From contig JAQGDQ010000842.1 in NCBI GenBank assembly GCA_030141605.1, positions 38,345 to 88,603 on the forward strand: a stretch of 50,259 nt of DNA. Direction: 5' to 3'. The notes under the pieces were generated by a model. It did not search any database. It saw nothing but the letters and a program-made list of their open reading frames with translations, and was not told where the DNA came from. Made by a program: the position numbers and the translations under genes. Source of the stretch: Tubiluchus corallicola (Eukaryota; Animalia; Priapulida). How positions within the stretch are numbered: the first letter of the stretch is position 1; every line of letters begins with the position of its first letter. Below, in pieces: positions 37,517 to 50,259 of this stretch.

Positions 37517-39759
37517 CTGTATTAGTTTAGTATCGGTAAATACGGACAATCGGCAAATTTGGACTGACGTCTTCCCGCTGGTGCCAAAAAACTGAGATAT
37601 GAGTGTCAACAAAAAATTGATTAAAATGAATTAAGATGCCTTCTTCCATGCTGGTATCTAGTACTGATACTTTAATTAACATCTTAGTTTTTAAGTACAA
37701 GAATTTGCTAATTTTAACTACAATCGTATCAAAACATATCAAACGTTATTGCTACTCAGTGAAAAATTGTCTTTCGTAGAATTCAGTATATCACTATTTA
37801 ATAATACCACCAAAATTAGATTAAAATTATAACAATAACAACAATGATTATTATTAATTAAAATAATAATTATTGAAGAAATTGGACACGTAATTATCAG
37901 GGAATTATTCTGTGTCAAATCAAATCAACCCATTGTTGACTTGCAGTCCGTCTGGGTTGTCAGTTGTTTCATTATTATAAGGGATCGAATTGGGTCGTGC
38001 TGAGAAGAATTGAGCAGTTCGTGTGTTAGTGTTTTCTGAATTAAAGGTTGCCCCTCTTGCTCAACTTCCTTTGGCAACCTTTCGTTACTTTTTGCGTTAT
38101 AAAGATAGTAACCAGTCTTGGAAAAAGTGCGTGTACGTAGGCGACATACACCAATATGTACCGACATTGACATTGAAAGCAACAAGCAATGTATGATTTT
38201 CTTCAGCACAAGAGTGTATTAACTAGCAAGACATTAAGTCAACGTCAGACTTCGATTATTTAATGCTGACGTCAGCAGCATATTTTTGTACAGTAGCGAA
38301 TTGACGCATTTTGTAAAGGTATTCTTAGGAGAGTTTTAAAGATAACATGGGCTTACATAATCACAAATGAAGATTTATACAGAACAAAAGAAAATTATTG
38401 TAGTTCAAAAGCCAAGATCCGAATCAAAGATGGCCAGGACATCTTCTGAGATTACCAAATGAAGCGCCAGTAAGAATCGCCTTAAAGGAAGCCTTAAAAC
38501 TTGATAAAAACCATCTGGTAAACCTAAAACAACTTGGGTGGCTAAGATAAATAAAGATGTTCAGCAACTTCAACCAAATCTATATTTACGAATAGAAGAA
38601 CTTACACAGATAGAAGTGGGTGGAATACTCTGATAAATGTTGATACGTCAATGCGTACAACAAGTGAAATGAGATTTTGATGATGGATTATATTCAGGAA
38701 TCGGTTGCTCTGAACTTTTCTTGTGTAGAGCTCAGAAGTTTATCTACTGAAGGCATAATTTAGCTGCAAGGTATTGAGAAGCGGATGAGATTAATTTGGC
38801 ATGCTGCAGCGCTTACGTAATGGGTGCTGACAAGTCATTATAATGTCTTGTCTCTTTGCTTATTATACGCGATTTTGATTCTCAGATGGCGCTGGTAGGT
38901 TTTTGTTTGCTTTTACTGAAACGAACCAAGGAGTTTAATTACAATCTGATGCTCGGCTGTAATCTGAGGCAGTCTATTATAATCCAGGTCCCCTCGATTC
39001 TGTTTAAACTCTTCATACCTGACATCTTCAATGTTATGAACCCAGACAAATTTTTTCAGCCTCGCACACTATCTGGCACAGCAGGTTGTTTACATTAAAT
39101 TTTAGTCGAGAGATGAACTAAACGTGAACACAGCAACTAAATTTAGTTAAAATAATTATATGGCAACTATTTTAGGTCATTTAAGCTCACGATTTATTTA
39201 TTCAGTCCGAGGAACTAATGTTTCTTGTGAATAAAGTCATGTTTAGTGTTATCTCAATTATTAAATACATAATAATGTGTATTTTCACCCAATTCTGTTC
39301 ACAAAGTATTGAAGAGCAATCGCGAAAGTCGTGTAGATCGTCGTAATGTGCCAAGCGATCATGCCGAATAGGTGGTCCCTTGGCAGAAATCGACTGGGAC
39401 CTAGATTCTAATAGAGTGCGATCAGACTTTCTTTTTATAATTTTCACGTGTTTTTTCAAAGAGCCCCGTTCACCTATGAACTATTTAATTATTGAGAGGT
39501 TCCGTGATTACATCATTTTCTGATCCCGCTGTGGTACTACGTCTCCTAGTGCCCATGGAGTCTAATGACCTGACCAGATTATCCTAACTGACTGATCCAG
39601 ACAACATGTATCCAAGGCCATAACTCATTGGCATGTATTGTGTAGTTATAGACTTTATATGCAAATGTAAACTCATTTCTCGATTTGCTGGGCAAAATCC
39701 GGGAGTTTTTGTTCCGAATTTGCCGATTGTGCATATTTTCTGTTACTAAGCTAATACAG
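37517..39759. mobile_element. Possible old DNA transposon bounded by ~90-bp imperfect inverted repeats
   Basis: CTGTATTAGTTTAGTATCGGTAAATACGGACAATCGGCAAATTTGGA starting at 37517 versus reverse-complement CTGTATTAGCTTAGTAACAGAAAATATGCACAATCGGCAAATTCGGA ending at 39759. No TSD or transposase seen. Confidence 0.45.
38300..38690 (+). mobile_element. 3' fragment of an RTE-clade non-LTR retrotransposon
   Basis: Frameshifted translation ITWAYIITNEDLY...RWPGHLLRLPNEAPVRIAL...GKPKTTW..KINKD...DRSGW matches the RTE ORF C-terminal pattern. Confidence 0.75.
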
Positions 39760-41159
39760 TGGGTGTCGTGTTTATTATAGTTGCGGTAATGTAGAATCAA
39801 TCTCCTAACTGTGTCAAAAACGTCTAATACGAGCCTCTGCTATGCAAAAGTATGTAAAAACTGTCGACAATTGATTCATATAACTCCTCATAATTGACTC
39901 TAAACTGCCTACACATGCTGATTAAACAACTAAATATGCCGACATGTGAGCGACACACGTGTCTTTACATGAACAAAGCCGTCAAGTAGCAGTGAGCTCG
40001 CGAAATAATGCACTGTGTCCGTAGTATGTGGGACTTTTTAACGGAACAGATTTTGTCCGACTTTTCCGATATCCGTAAAAGCGAGGTCCGGCAAACTGAG
40101 ATACGAACCTAGTTTTATATTGTATATTGTGCATGGTTTGCATTGTAGTGGTTTATGCTTATATGCTTAAATTTTGTTGCCTTTGTAGCTAAAATTCCTT
40201 TCAAACGTTTTGTTTAATTAAAAGTTAATTTAATAGTTCTTAGTGTTAGTAGATTTAAAAACACTGCCTGATGTTTATTGTGATTAAATACGTATGTTTT
40301 GCTTTTATTTATGCATTTCTATGTATTTATCATGCAATCTATTATTATAGTTTTTGTCATACATAGTTTTTTATCGATAACGCTATTACTATTACGCTAT
40401 TACCATTATAATGCTATAACTTACATATATATATATATGTATATATAATCGAGTTCTGCTAATGTGATTTGGTTCATAACAAAACTCCCAATAGCAAGAC
40501 AGCTATGATGCCCCCAAATTTATAATAAAACCAGTTTAATCCTTACGAAGCTCCTTATTGCCAAACTCCAGATTTTACGATGTTTTTGTCAAAGACCTGT
40601 CATCCTGTCACTATAGTTTTAATAAAAAAAATCACTTTTAATATGATTATTGCTGACGTAGGTTGCTTAGCAATATTAAAGAACAGATGGTATGTCTTTT
40701 TTGAGACATTTTGCCGCTGTTTCTATACGCTTTCTTTCTCGACCCGTTTTGAAATTATTTCCATTCTCAAAACTGACTTGTATTTTAAAGATTATGCCCT
40801 ATTTCAAATGTTTCAATGTTAATGAACATTTTAAAAGTGCTGAATTATTCGAATCCACAATTTTTGGTTTGAATATAATTCAAATTTAAAAAAACTATTT
40901 CTACCCAAATTTGAACATTCGATGCTCCTTCTGGTTTCTGGTCATCCATCCATTTACAAAGATCATGTGTGATTGTCATGTAAAGTTTTGTCATTTGTTA
41001 GTGAGAACTTTTGGAAGTTTCATCAATTTACTTCTTTTTTTACAGAAATTGGTTCTTCATCTCCATATTTGTCTACAAAGTTGGATCAGGGAGTGTAAGC
41101 AGTTCTTTGGACTTGCGAAAATTGAAAATGCATTTATAGATGCATCGATTGATGTAAAA

Positions 41160-42794
41160 ATGCAAACTGATAATATACGAGTAAAAACTGCTAGTGATGA
41201 CGAATCATTTAAACTAAACAATAACAAACACAAAGCTGATGAGTGCGATTATCAAGGATATGAAATACCTATAAAAACTGAACAGGATGCCTTCATAGAT
41301 GATACAGAAAAAAAGAATGACGTTGACTCAACTTCACACGTGAGTGAGGGACTTAACCCTTTACTTATGAATAATGAATACAGTGTTGAAGTAAATGCGG
41401 TAGGTAATCATTTGAGTGGAGAGACAACAGACAAAAATGTGAAAACTGTTGATTATTCAATAAAAATTGAACCTAGTACTTCAGCCGATGATGTGGAAGA
41501 AAATATACAAGGTTTAACAAAAGACGAATTCTTTGCAAATGTAACTGAAGAATGTAACGAGCATCAGCCTAATAACTCTGATTCTGCTGTTAAACACAAT
41601 CAAAATGTAGCTCCTTTTATACAAGAATCACACAGATTCAATTTTGCTTTGCCAGGTGCTCCTAAATTACATTCACAAGGCCACATTGGAGAGAGAACTT
41701 TTAGGTGTACTCTGTGTAATGCTGCATTTACTCATGCGTCTAATCTGAAAGTACACTCAAGAACTCACGCTGGACAAAAACTTTTCAAGTGCAGTCAGTG
41801 TGGTGCTTCATTTACTCGAGCAGATGATCTGACGAAACACTTTAGAATCCACACTGGAGAAAAACCATTTAAATGTTGTCAGTGTGATGCAGCGTTTACT
41901 CAAGCAGGTACTCTGAAAAGACATTTTAGAGTTCATACTGGAGAAAAGCCATTCAAGTGTTCTCACTGCGGTGCTGCATTTACTCAAGCAGGCAGTCTGA
42001 AAGTACATTTAAGAATTCACACTGGAGAAAAGCCATTTAAGTGCAGTCATTGTGATGCTGCGTTTGTTCGAGGAGATGATCTGAGAAAACATGTAAGAGT
42101 TCACACAGGAGAAAAACCTTTTAAATGTTTTCAATGTGATGCCGCATTTACTCGAGCAGATGATCTGAAAAGGCATTCGAGAAGTCACACAGGAGTAAAA
42201 CCTTTTAAATGTTTTCAGTGTGATACTGCATTTACTCAACTAAGCAGTCTCAAAGTACATTTAAGAATTCACACTGGAGAAAAGCCGTTTAAGTGCATTC
42301 GTTGTGATGCAGCATTTGCTCGTTCGGGTCATCTGAGAAGACATTCGAGAATTCACACTGGAGAAAAACCATATAAGTGCAGTGAATGTGATGCTGCATT
42401 TGCTCAGGCAAGTACTCTCAAAGCACATTCAAGAACTCACAGCGGCGAGAAACCTTTTAAGTGTAGTGAGTGTGACGCTGCATTTGCTTACTCCGGCCAT
42501 CTCAAGATACATTTTAGAATTCACACTGGAGAGAAACCATTCAAATGTGGTCAGTGTGCTACTGCATATGCTCATCCAGGAGCACTGAGATTACATTCAA
42601 GCATTCACACTGGAGAAAAACCATTTAAGTGTTATCACTGTGATGCTGCATTTACTCAGGCACTTGGTCTGAAAGTACATTTAAGAATTCACACCGGGAA
42701 GAAACTGTTCAAGTGCAACCATTGTGATGCTACATTTCCTCAGGCAGGCAATCTGAAAAGACATTTGAGAATTCACACTGGAGAAACCCATTGA
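41160..42794 (+). CDS. C2H2 (Kruppel-type) zinc-finger protein with 13 tandem fingers, about 544 aa
   Basis: 13 CxxC-x12-HxxxH units, mostly with TGEKPF linkers, after an acidic N-terminal region with IKTE/IKIE motifs. The ORF is open from 40911, but a strong acceptor (cttctttttttacag, ends 41045) points to an exon start at 41046; the first in-frame ATG after it is 41160. An upstream coding exon is possible. Confidence 0.93.
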   Translation: MQTDNIRVKTASDDESFKLNNNKHKADECDYQGYEIPIKTEQDAFIDDTEKKNDVDSTSHVSEGLNPLLMNNEYSVEVNAVGNHLSGETTDKNVKTVDYSIKIEPSTSADDVEENIQGLTKDEFFANVTEECNEHQPNNSDSAVKHNQNVAPFIQESHRFNFALPGAPKLHSQGHIGERTFRCTLCNAAFTHASNLKVHSRTHAGQKLFKCSQCGASFTRADDLTKHFRIHTGEKPFKCCQCDAAFTQAGTLKRHFRVHTGEKPFKCSHCGAAFTQAGSLKVHLRIHTGEKPFKCSHCDAAFVRGDDLRKHVRVHTGEKPFKCFQCDAAFTRADDLKRHSRSHTGVKPFKCFQCDTAFTQLSSLKVHLRIHTGEKPFKCIRCDAAFARSGHLRRHSRIHTGEKPYKCSECDAAFAQASTLKAHSRTHSGEKPFKCSECDAAFAYSGHLKIHFRIHTGEKPFKCGQCATAYAHPGALRLHSSIHTGEKPFKCYHCDAAFTQALGLKVHLRIHTGKKLFKCNHCDATFPQAGNLKRHLRIHTGETH

Positions 42795-42959
42795 GGTGGG
42801 CACTGTGAAACTATATTTAAGAACTCAGTGGTGCAACCTTTTAAATGCAACAAGTGCTTGTTGAACCTATTTTAACACATCACTGTTAAGTATAGTGAAA
42901 AAGAATTGTTTTTATTTAGTTATTGTTTTGTTAATGTTAGGTCTCAGCAAGCCGTTTGT

Positions 42960-43507
42960 ATGCAGCTATGCTTACCCAGCATTTTGTCTGTCAGTAAGTA
43001 TGGTGTTATGCTTATTCAGCATTTTCTCTGTCAACATTATGCAGTTATGCTTATTCAGCATTTTCTCTGTCAACATGTATGCAGTTATGCTTATTCATCA
43101 TTTTCTCTGTCAGCATGTATGCAGTTATGCTTATTCAGCATTTTCTGTCATTATGTCTGCAGTTATGCTTATTCAGCATTTTCTCTGTCAACATTTATGC
43201 AGTTATGCTTATTCAGCATTTTCTCTGTCAGCATGTATGCAGTTATGCTTATTCAGCATTTTCTCTGTCGGTATGTCTGCAGTTATGCTTATTCAGCATT
43301 TTCTCTGTCAACATTTATGCAGTTATGCTTATTCAGCATTTTCTCTGTCAACATTTATGCAGTTATGCTTATTCAGCATTTTCTCTGTCGGTATGTCTGC
43401 AGTTATGCTTATTCAGCATTTTCTCTGTCAACATGTATGCAGCTATGCTTGCTCAGCATTTTCTCTGTCAATATGTATGCAGTTATGCTTATTCAGCATT
43501 TTCTCAG
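42960..43507. repeat. 40-bp minisatellite, about 13 units
   Basis: Unit TATGCAGTTATGCTTATTCAGCATTTTCTCTGTCAACATG with a variable last few bases. Confidence 0.95.
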
Positions 43508-44404
43508 TAAGTAAAACCTCACATAGAAGAAAACAAAAGACTTTTGTTATATAAAATAATTGCTAGTGATGGCTGCATATCACAACGTAAATTGTAAATT
43601 AATTAAACTTGTTTTGTTTATTATAAAAATACAATCAAATCCCAGTAATCTTCATTGTACCCCAATATTTTTAGCATTAAGCATGTTTTGTACTTTCCAT
43701 TTTCTTAACTTTTATGGTTATTGCTGATGCAAAAAATGGCAAATTATGATGCCTGTAGTTTCTACGTTGGTTATATTTTCGTTAGCGAACATAATTTAAG
43801 TTTGCGTAGCCCGTGTTTTTCACAAGTGCAAATTAAGAACAATGCTCTGCCAGGCAGTGTAGTAGATGCAAGAGAATTATTGGTGCTACGGAATCTGCCG
43901 CATGTGAGATTTTGCAGCTTTGGTATTACATGAGTGTTCAGATACCTGTAAACATCAGGCAGTAAGAAACTTAGGAGATTTAAACTATAATGGCCAGTGT
44001 GAACCTAACTTAATAAATTTTAATTTTGTAGCCAAGGTGGCTCCATCTAGCTAGAAAGTTTAAAGTGTGGACATTGACCCAGTTATGTTTTCATTATGCT
44101 GTTCTGTAGTAGATATGAACATATGTCTTGCGCAAGCGAAATTTTTCATTAGATATATGCCGCAACGATGTAAGTTTATTTCTGTTAATTTTTATTTTGA
44201 TTTATTCATTGATATTTTTGAATGGACTAAATAACTGTCAATCTAACTAAACTATGTAACTTTTCATAAAATTAGCAAATGTCAGTCACTTTTACTTTTC
44301 TATTTTAATTTTAAATATTGCAGAAATAAAGATCAGTGGTTTACATGAAATTCAACTGAGACTTTTGAAGATTTGTCATAAATGCCTCTCAGAGACACTA
44401 ACAG

Positions 44405-45892
44405 TAACTGTTAGTATATACATGCATTATGTTACTGTTAGTATATACGTGCATTATGTTACTGTTAGTATATACATGCATTATGTTACTGTTAGTATAT
44501 ACGTGCATTATGTTACTGTTAGTATATACGTGCATTATGTTACTGTTAGTGTATACGTGCATTATGTTACTGTTAGTGTATACGTGCATTATGTTACTGT
44601 TAGTGTATACATGCATTATGTTACTGTTAGTGTATACGTGCATTATGTTACTGTTAGTATATACGTGCATTATGTTACTGTTAGTGTATACGTGCATTAT
44701 GTTACTGTTAGTGTATACGTGCATTATGTTACTGTTAGTGTATACGTGCATTATGTTGCTGTTAGTGTATACGTGCATTATGTTACTGTTAGTGTATACG
44801 TGCATTATGTTACTGTTAGTGTATACGTGCATTATGTTACTGTTAGTGTATACGTGCATTATGTTACTGTTAGTGTATACATGCATTATGTTACTGTTAG
44901 TATATACGTGCATTATGTTACTGTTAGTGTATACATGCATTATGTTACTGTTAGTATATACGTGCATTATGTTACTGTTAGTATATACGTGCATTATGTT
45001 ACTGTTAGTGTATACGTGCATTATGTTACTGTTAGTGTATACGTGCATTATGTTACTGTTAGTGTATACGTGCATTATGTTACTGTTAGTGTATACGTGC
45101 ATTATGTTACTGTTAGTGTATACGTGCATTATGTTACTGTTAGTGTATACGTGCATTATGTTACTGTTAGTGTATACGTGCATTATGTTACTGTTAGTGT
45201 ATACGTGCATTATGTTACTGTTAGTGTATACGTGCATTATGTTACTGTTAGTGTATACGTGCATTATGTTACTGTTAGTGTATACGTGCATTATGTTACT
45301 GTTAGTGTATACGTGCATTATGTTACTGTTAGTGTATACGTGCATTATGTTACTGTTAGTATATACGTGCATTATGTTACTGTTAGTGTATACGTGCATT
45401 ATGTTACTGTTAGTATATACGTGCATTATGTTACTGTTAGTATATACGTGCATTATGTTACTGTTAGTGTATACGTGCATTATGTTACTGTTAGTGTATA
45501 CGTGCATTATGTTACTGTTAGTGTATACGTGCATTATGTTACTGTTAGTGTATACGTGCATTATGTTACTGTTAGTGTATACGTGCATTATGTTACTGTT
45601 AGTGTATACGTGCATTATGTTACTGTTAGTGTATACGTGCATTATGTTACTGTTAGTGTATACGTGCATTATGTTACTGTTAGTGTATACGTGCATTATG
45701 TTACTGTTAGTGTATACATGCATTATGTTACTGTTAGTGTATACGTGCATTATGTTACTGTTAGTGTATACGTGCATTATGTTACTGTTAGTGTATACGT
45801 GCATTATGTTACTGTTAGTGTATACATGCATTATGTTACTCTTAGTATATACATGCATTATGTTACTGTTAGTGTGTACATGCATTATGTTA
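44405..45892. repeat. 27-bp minisatellite, about 55 units
   Basis: Unit GTTACTGTTAGTRTATACRTGCATTAT, head-to-tail with no spacers. Confidence 0.98.
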
Positions 45893-47499
45893 TAATGCTT
45901 AGTGAATTGTAAAAGTAGTTAACTAGGTACCAGCAGGTGTCTAGATGGGAGCAGGCCACAAAAACTGTATTTGCAAGCTATTTTTTTGTATTAAGCTCAT
46001 ATTGGTGGAACTTTGGGAAGACATTATATAAAACAGGCATTCATAGGCATGAGTCATAACTCATTTATTTCACATTACACATTTGCAATAGTTTCATGTA
46101 CAATATATAGTGAAAGGGCCTACAATGAACATAATACAAATAAGTTTTTATTGTTTCTGCACAAGAAAAGCCTCACACTTTGTTTGCTTATATATGAATG
46201 TAAATGTGTTGCGGGCAATAAAAAAACAGGGCTTGTTAGATTGTCCCACACACTGATGGAAAAAAAAGTAATGGAGATAATCTAATTTGAAGTGAATCGT
46301 ATGATGAAGAAAACATTTAGTGCTTCAGAATGGAATGATGTAATGAATGAGTTTCGTATTTACTGTCAATATTTCTAGGCAGTGACATAATAAAATCATC
46401 ATCCTACTCTGGGTTTCGTTGTTAGGCAAATCACATTAACAGCATTCGACTGTGTAGCACATTTCATTACCTTGAGTAACTTTTGCAGAAAGTTTTTGTA
46501 CAAATGATTGCACATAATATCAGAAATGAATAATGATTAACATCTTTATAAGATGAGCAGTAAGTTTATCATGTTTGGTTTTCATCTTGCTGAAAAAAAC
46601 TGAAACCTGGATTATTTTCTTGTAGAAAATTTTGTGTTTAAAGTATTGGATGCGTGATTCTGCGTGAGTGTTTCCAATAGTTCAGTGCTAGTTATGCCAC
46701 AACAACAATCTAATACTAACAGATTTTTCAACCACACATCCCGAGTTCAAGTCTTGCCAGTGATTGTCATTTTGCATAGGTTTGTGGAAAATTTTTGTAT
46801 GAGCTGTTTTTTTATTAATTGATTGAATAATAAAAAAATAATCAAATAATTATCATAGCTAAGTTATCCTGCTATAATAATGGTTGTTTGTACTAAGTTC
46901 AGTGCTGTGAGCAGAGCAGATAAATTAGTGTGACAACAACGTAAATATTGTGAGGTTTTGGTATCGTTTTCCATGTAATAAAATCAACTTCCAGAAAAAA
47001 TGATTAGAAATATTCAAAATTTTATTTTCTTTAATAGCCATAATTCTGACATGTTGAGTTTTAATTTAGAATAATTATGCTACTTACAAGAAAGCATTGT
47101 AACTAGGCGTGTGTATAATCTACAGCAAAGCAAATTCTAATCGAATCGAGTTTGTTACATTTCGAAAGCAAATTGAGATTGAAAGATATTCAAACCAGTT
47201 TTCAAAACACCATTAAAAATTATTCTCACAGAGATCATGCATGTTGCTCGATTTTGTTCTGCAGTAAAACTGCTAATAATTTGTTTAAAATTCTGCACAG
47301 AAATTAACAGCTAAATTATACTAATTGCATGATGTTCCAATCGTCTTAATGATAAAGAACATGTGAATCAAATTTGAAAGTTCGATACTCACCCCTAATT
47401 GGTAGATCGCAAGTCGCTTTTTGCCTGTCCCACTTGATGACACACACATTCCTCAAACCTCCATTGCTGTAAGTGCTTACAGCATGTAAATAAATGAAA

Positions 47500-47820
47500 A
47501 ACACGGAAAATTTGGTACTAACTAAGTTTGGTACAGCCAAATTTGATCCTAGTAATTTTCGCACAAGGAAATTTGGATTTTCTGAAAATTTGCCGTAATA
47601 GGAATTTCTACTACAGTGAAATTTTATCACTAGCAAAAATGGGTACAGGGATATTGTGGTGCTGAGAAGATTTAGTACAGAACTGACAAAGTTTAGCAAG
47701 CATTTTTGGTACAAGTAAATTTGATATGAAATAAAAATGACACAAAGCAGGCTTGGTGCTGGGAAAGCTTTGTACTGGTAAAGCTGAACTGGTACTAGGA
47801 AAATATGGTACAAGGAAAGT
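47500..47820. repeat. Degenerate short-period repeat (TTTGGTACA-like motifs), possibly transposon subterminal repeats
   Basis: Repeated variants tttggtact, tttggtacag, tgggtacag, tttagtacag, tttggtacaag, ctggtactagg, atggtacaagg. Confidence 0.4.
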
Positions 47821-49046
47821 AACTTTTATAAAATCTACAAAATGATCATATTAGACATTATGAATAATCAGTCTTAAATACTTATAAGCAGTTAGGGTTT
47901 AAATAGCACAAGTTAATTGCCCCATATAAACTGTAAATAACAGTTAAGAGGTCTGCCAGATACTGGATGTTCAACCTTATTTAAAGCTTGATTGACATTT
48001 TGCAATCTATGAGATATTGTAATACGATATATGGATTATTGTGTACAAAAACGAATTATGGTGTGTACATTTAATTTGTGCCTACAGTGCAGTTGTAATA
48101 TCGAGATGTACAATTTTTAAAATAAATGGGTTGAATGATTTCTTCATTATTTCATCAACATTCTTTTTTTTTGTCCATTCCTATACCTTGAAATACTGTC
48201 GTTTGCGAGAGAATTCGAGCTCTCTGGTAGAAATAGGCATTCCTGCCAAAATGGTGCTATTTTTCAGCAACCTTTTTTATATTGCTTAATCAGGCATTTT
48301 TCCTTGAGTGTTGTTGACACAAATAGACGGAGTCGTGCAGCGAGACGTAGCACATTTTGATGCATAAATGTTCTCTGCGGTAGAGATTTCTCCTATTGTT
48401 TGACTTTCTTTGCTAAGTTGCTTCCTTTTTTCAGAAATAACTGTTTTAAATTTCTTTGTCTAGAAGTTCTGCAAGTCAAAGGCAAAATTCAATTACAAGG
48501 TAGTTAGTTAAAATGTATATTGCTGTGTCGTATGCTTAGAACACCAGATTTTTCATCAGCTTCTTCAATTTCTGTCACTCGATTTTGATTTCCTGACGGC
48601 AGTAATACTAATAAGGTCATTCTCCACAGAACGTACAATTCTTGTCCCAGGATTTTTTTAATAACAAAGTTTCTGGTGCGATACTGTCTCATGACTGGTA
48701 GACACCAAAGAAAGAGACTTATTCCTGTTGTATTTGTTGCCAGAAAAGTATTTCAGACATTTCTACTGAAGCTGAAATCAGTTCCTGTGAAAGTCTTTCC
48801 TGTGTCTCCAGTGCCCATTTTCAACTTTTCCATTACATTAGATTTGGCAGGAAGTATCCATTTAAAAATTAATTTGCAGTATTTTATTCTAAACAGCACA
48901 CTAGAAGTGAAAATCCTCGTCCCAAATACCTTCACGAGTTGAATCTGCCTTAATTGTAAAAATTTAGCTTTAAATCAAAGTCACATTTTTGCTCCATAGG
49001 ACATTTTGCTGTCCATCTATACATATATATATATATAGACAGCAAA

Positions 49047-49080
<34 letters not shown>

Positions 49081-50259
49081 TGCCTCTTTAATCAATTATT
49101 AATGATAGATTACATTTTCTGTTTTTTTCCTCTATGATTATTGTGTTTTCATAGATACCCTTAGTTTTGCTATAATACTTTTTTTTCATTCCGAATTTTA
49201 ACACTTCGTAATATATTCCTGACAAAGACTGCTAGAGCACAGCAGTAATGATGGATTTTCCAATTAAAATTTATTGTATTGTGAGTTTTTTATGAAATGG
49301 ATATTGTTATTTTATAAAAAATTTAAAAGCTGTATTTGTTCTGTTCTTGTCAAACAGTAAAGAAGTTTGTATAAAACATTTGTTGTTGCTTATATAGTGT
49401 GTATATGAGTCATTCTTGTTGTACTGTTACCTCACTAGTCATTGCTGTTACCTCACTTGTCATTCCTGTTATTGCCCAAAATTTCTCTATAGTTCTGAAA
49501 CACAATCTTCTTCTGAGCCATGAAGTGTCACATCTAATTCATTTTTATTACCATTACATTCGTACAATGTGATATGTTTGCGTCCTTCCTCGTAAATGAG
49601 CTACGTCCATTCAAGATGTATGTCAGATGCAAAAACTGCCCAACAAACGTGAAAACCAGTTCAACGTATAAAAAGGTTGCATTTGTATAAAAATTTCATC
49701 AGATATTTATAGCAAGGGACAAAAAATATATTTTATAAGACCATTGGTTTATGACACTGGTTGATGTTTATAGGTTGTATTGCACACCTCACGTCTGTAA
49801 CAGTAATGACAAAAGTAATTATTCAGATAACTTTAAAAAGGTCATAGTAAATTTTTACAAGTGTTTTAAGCTCTGTCAGTATCCCTTTTGTATACAAGGG
49901 AAGCTTATTAATAACATGGAAGAGTAAATTTAAGAACATCTTTCCAGTCATTTAGCAGATCACATCTGTTTTGCACGTTCTGTAGAGAATGACCCAATAC
50001 TAATAGCTTCTTTATCTGGTTTTACTGGAACAAATTAATAATTCACGAATGAAAACAACCCTGAGGCATTTTAACAAGAATTAATTTATTACACCTGAGA
50101 GCTTCAACGCACGAGATATGAGTCGTGAAAGTTATTGTTTTCCCTCACGAGGCATTTGAGAATATTTTTAATTACTCAAATGCAAGTTTTAACTTATCAA
50201 CAAATCAACTACATCAGTCCAGATACCGCGCATAGCACTATCAATACAGGGATTAGTTG

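Noticed and set aside
40911-41045. N-terminal extension of the zinc-finger ORF in the track
   Set aside because: Non-ATG start and a strong splice acceptor at 41045; likely intronic.
42895-43554. Three overlapping hydrophobic ORFs
   Set aside because: Products of the 40-bp minisatellite.
44365-45912. ~500-aa repetitive ORFs, or a CRISPR-like array
   Set aside because: Head-to-tail 27-bp repeat with no unique spacers, no cas genes and a eukaryotic context.
48130-49700. Coding-like minus-strand patches and a small hairpin at ~49004-49048
   Set aside because: Interrupted by stops with no recognisable motif; the hairpin surrounds an (AT)n tract. A TBLASTX search would be needed.

Overview
AT-rich metazoan (invertebrate-like) genomic DNA with spliceosomal introns; the species cannot be determined from the sequence. 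Positions ~1-36310 hold a minus-strand tandem array of seven small secreted single-domain C-type lectin (CTLD) genes: six complete 3-exon genes (169-175 aa) and one 5'-deleted copy. The ORF track misses them because they are spliced. The array probably continues left of the window. Intron 2 appears to be GC-AG in every copy. The genes are mosaics: three 5' modules (upstream spacer + exon 1 + exon 2) are reassorted with different ligand-binding exon-3 variants (QPD, QPE or QPN). Four copies have both cysteines of the inner CTLD disulfide replaced by tyrosine. Spacers contain pentamer/dinucleotide microsatellites, LINE fragments, a structured ~400-nt repeat and solo-LTR-like insertions. Right of the array lie a zinc-finger pseudogene remnant, an old inverted-repeat-bounded element with a nested RTE fragment, an intact 13-finger C2H2 zinc-finger gene, and 40-bp and 27-bp minisatellites. 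All gene models were derived by hand translation and are not supported by transcript data.
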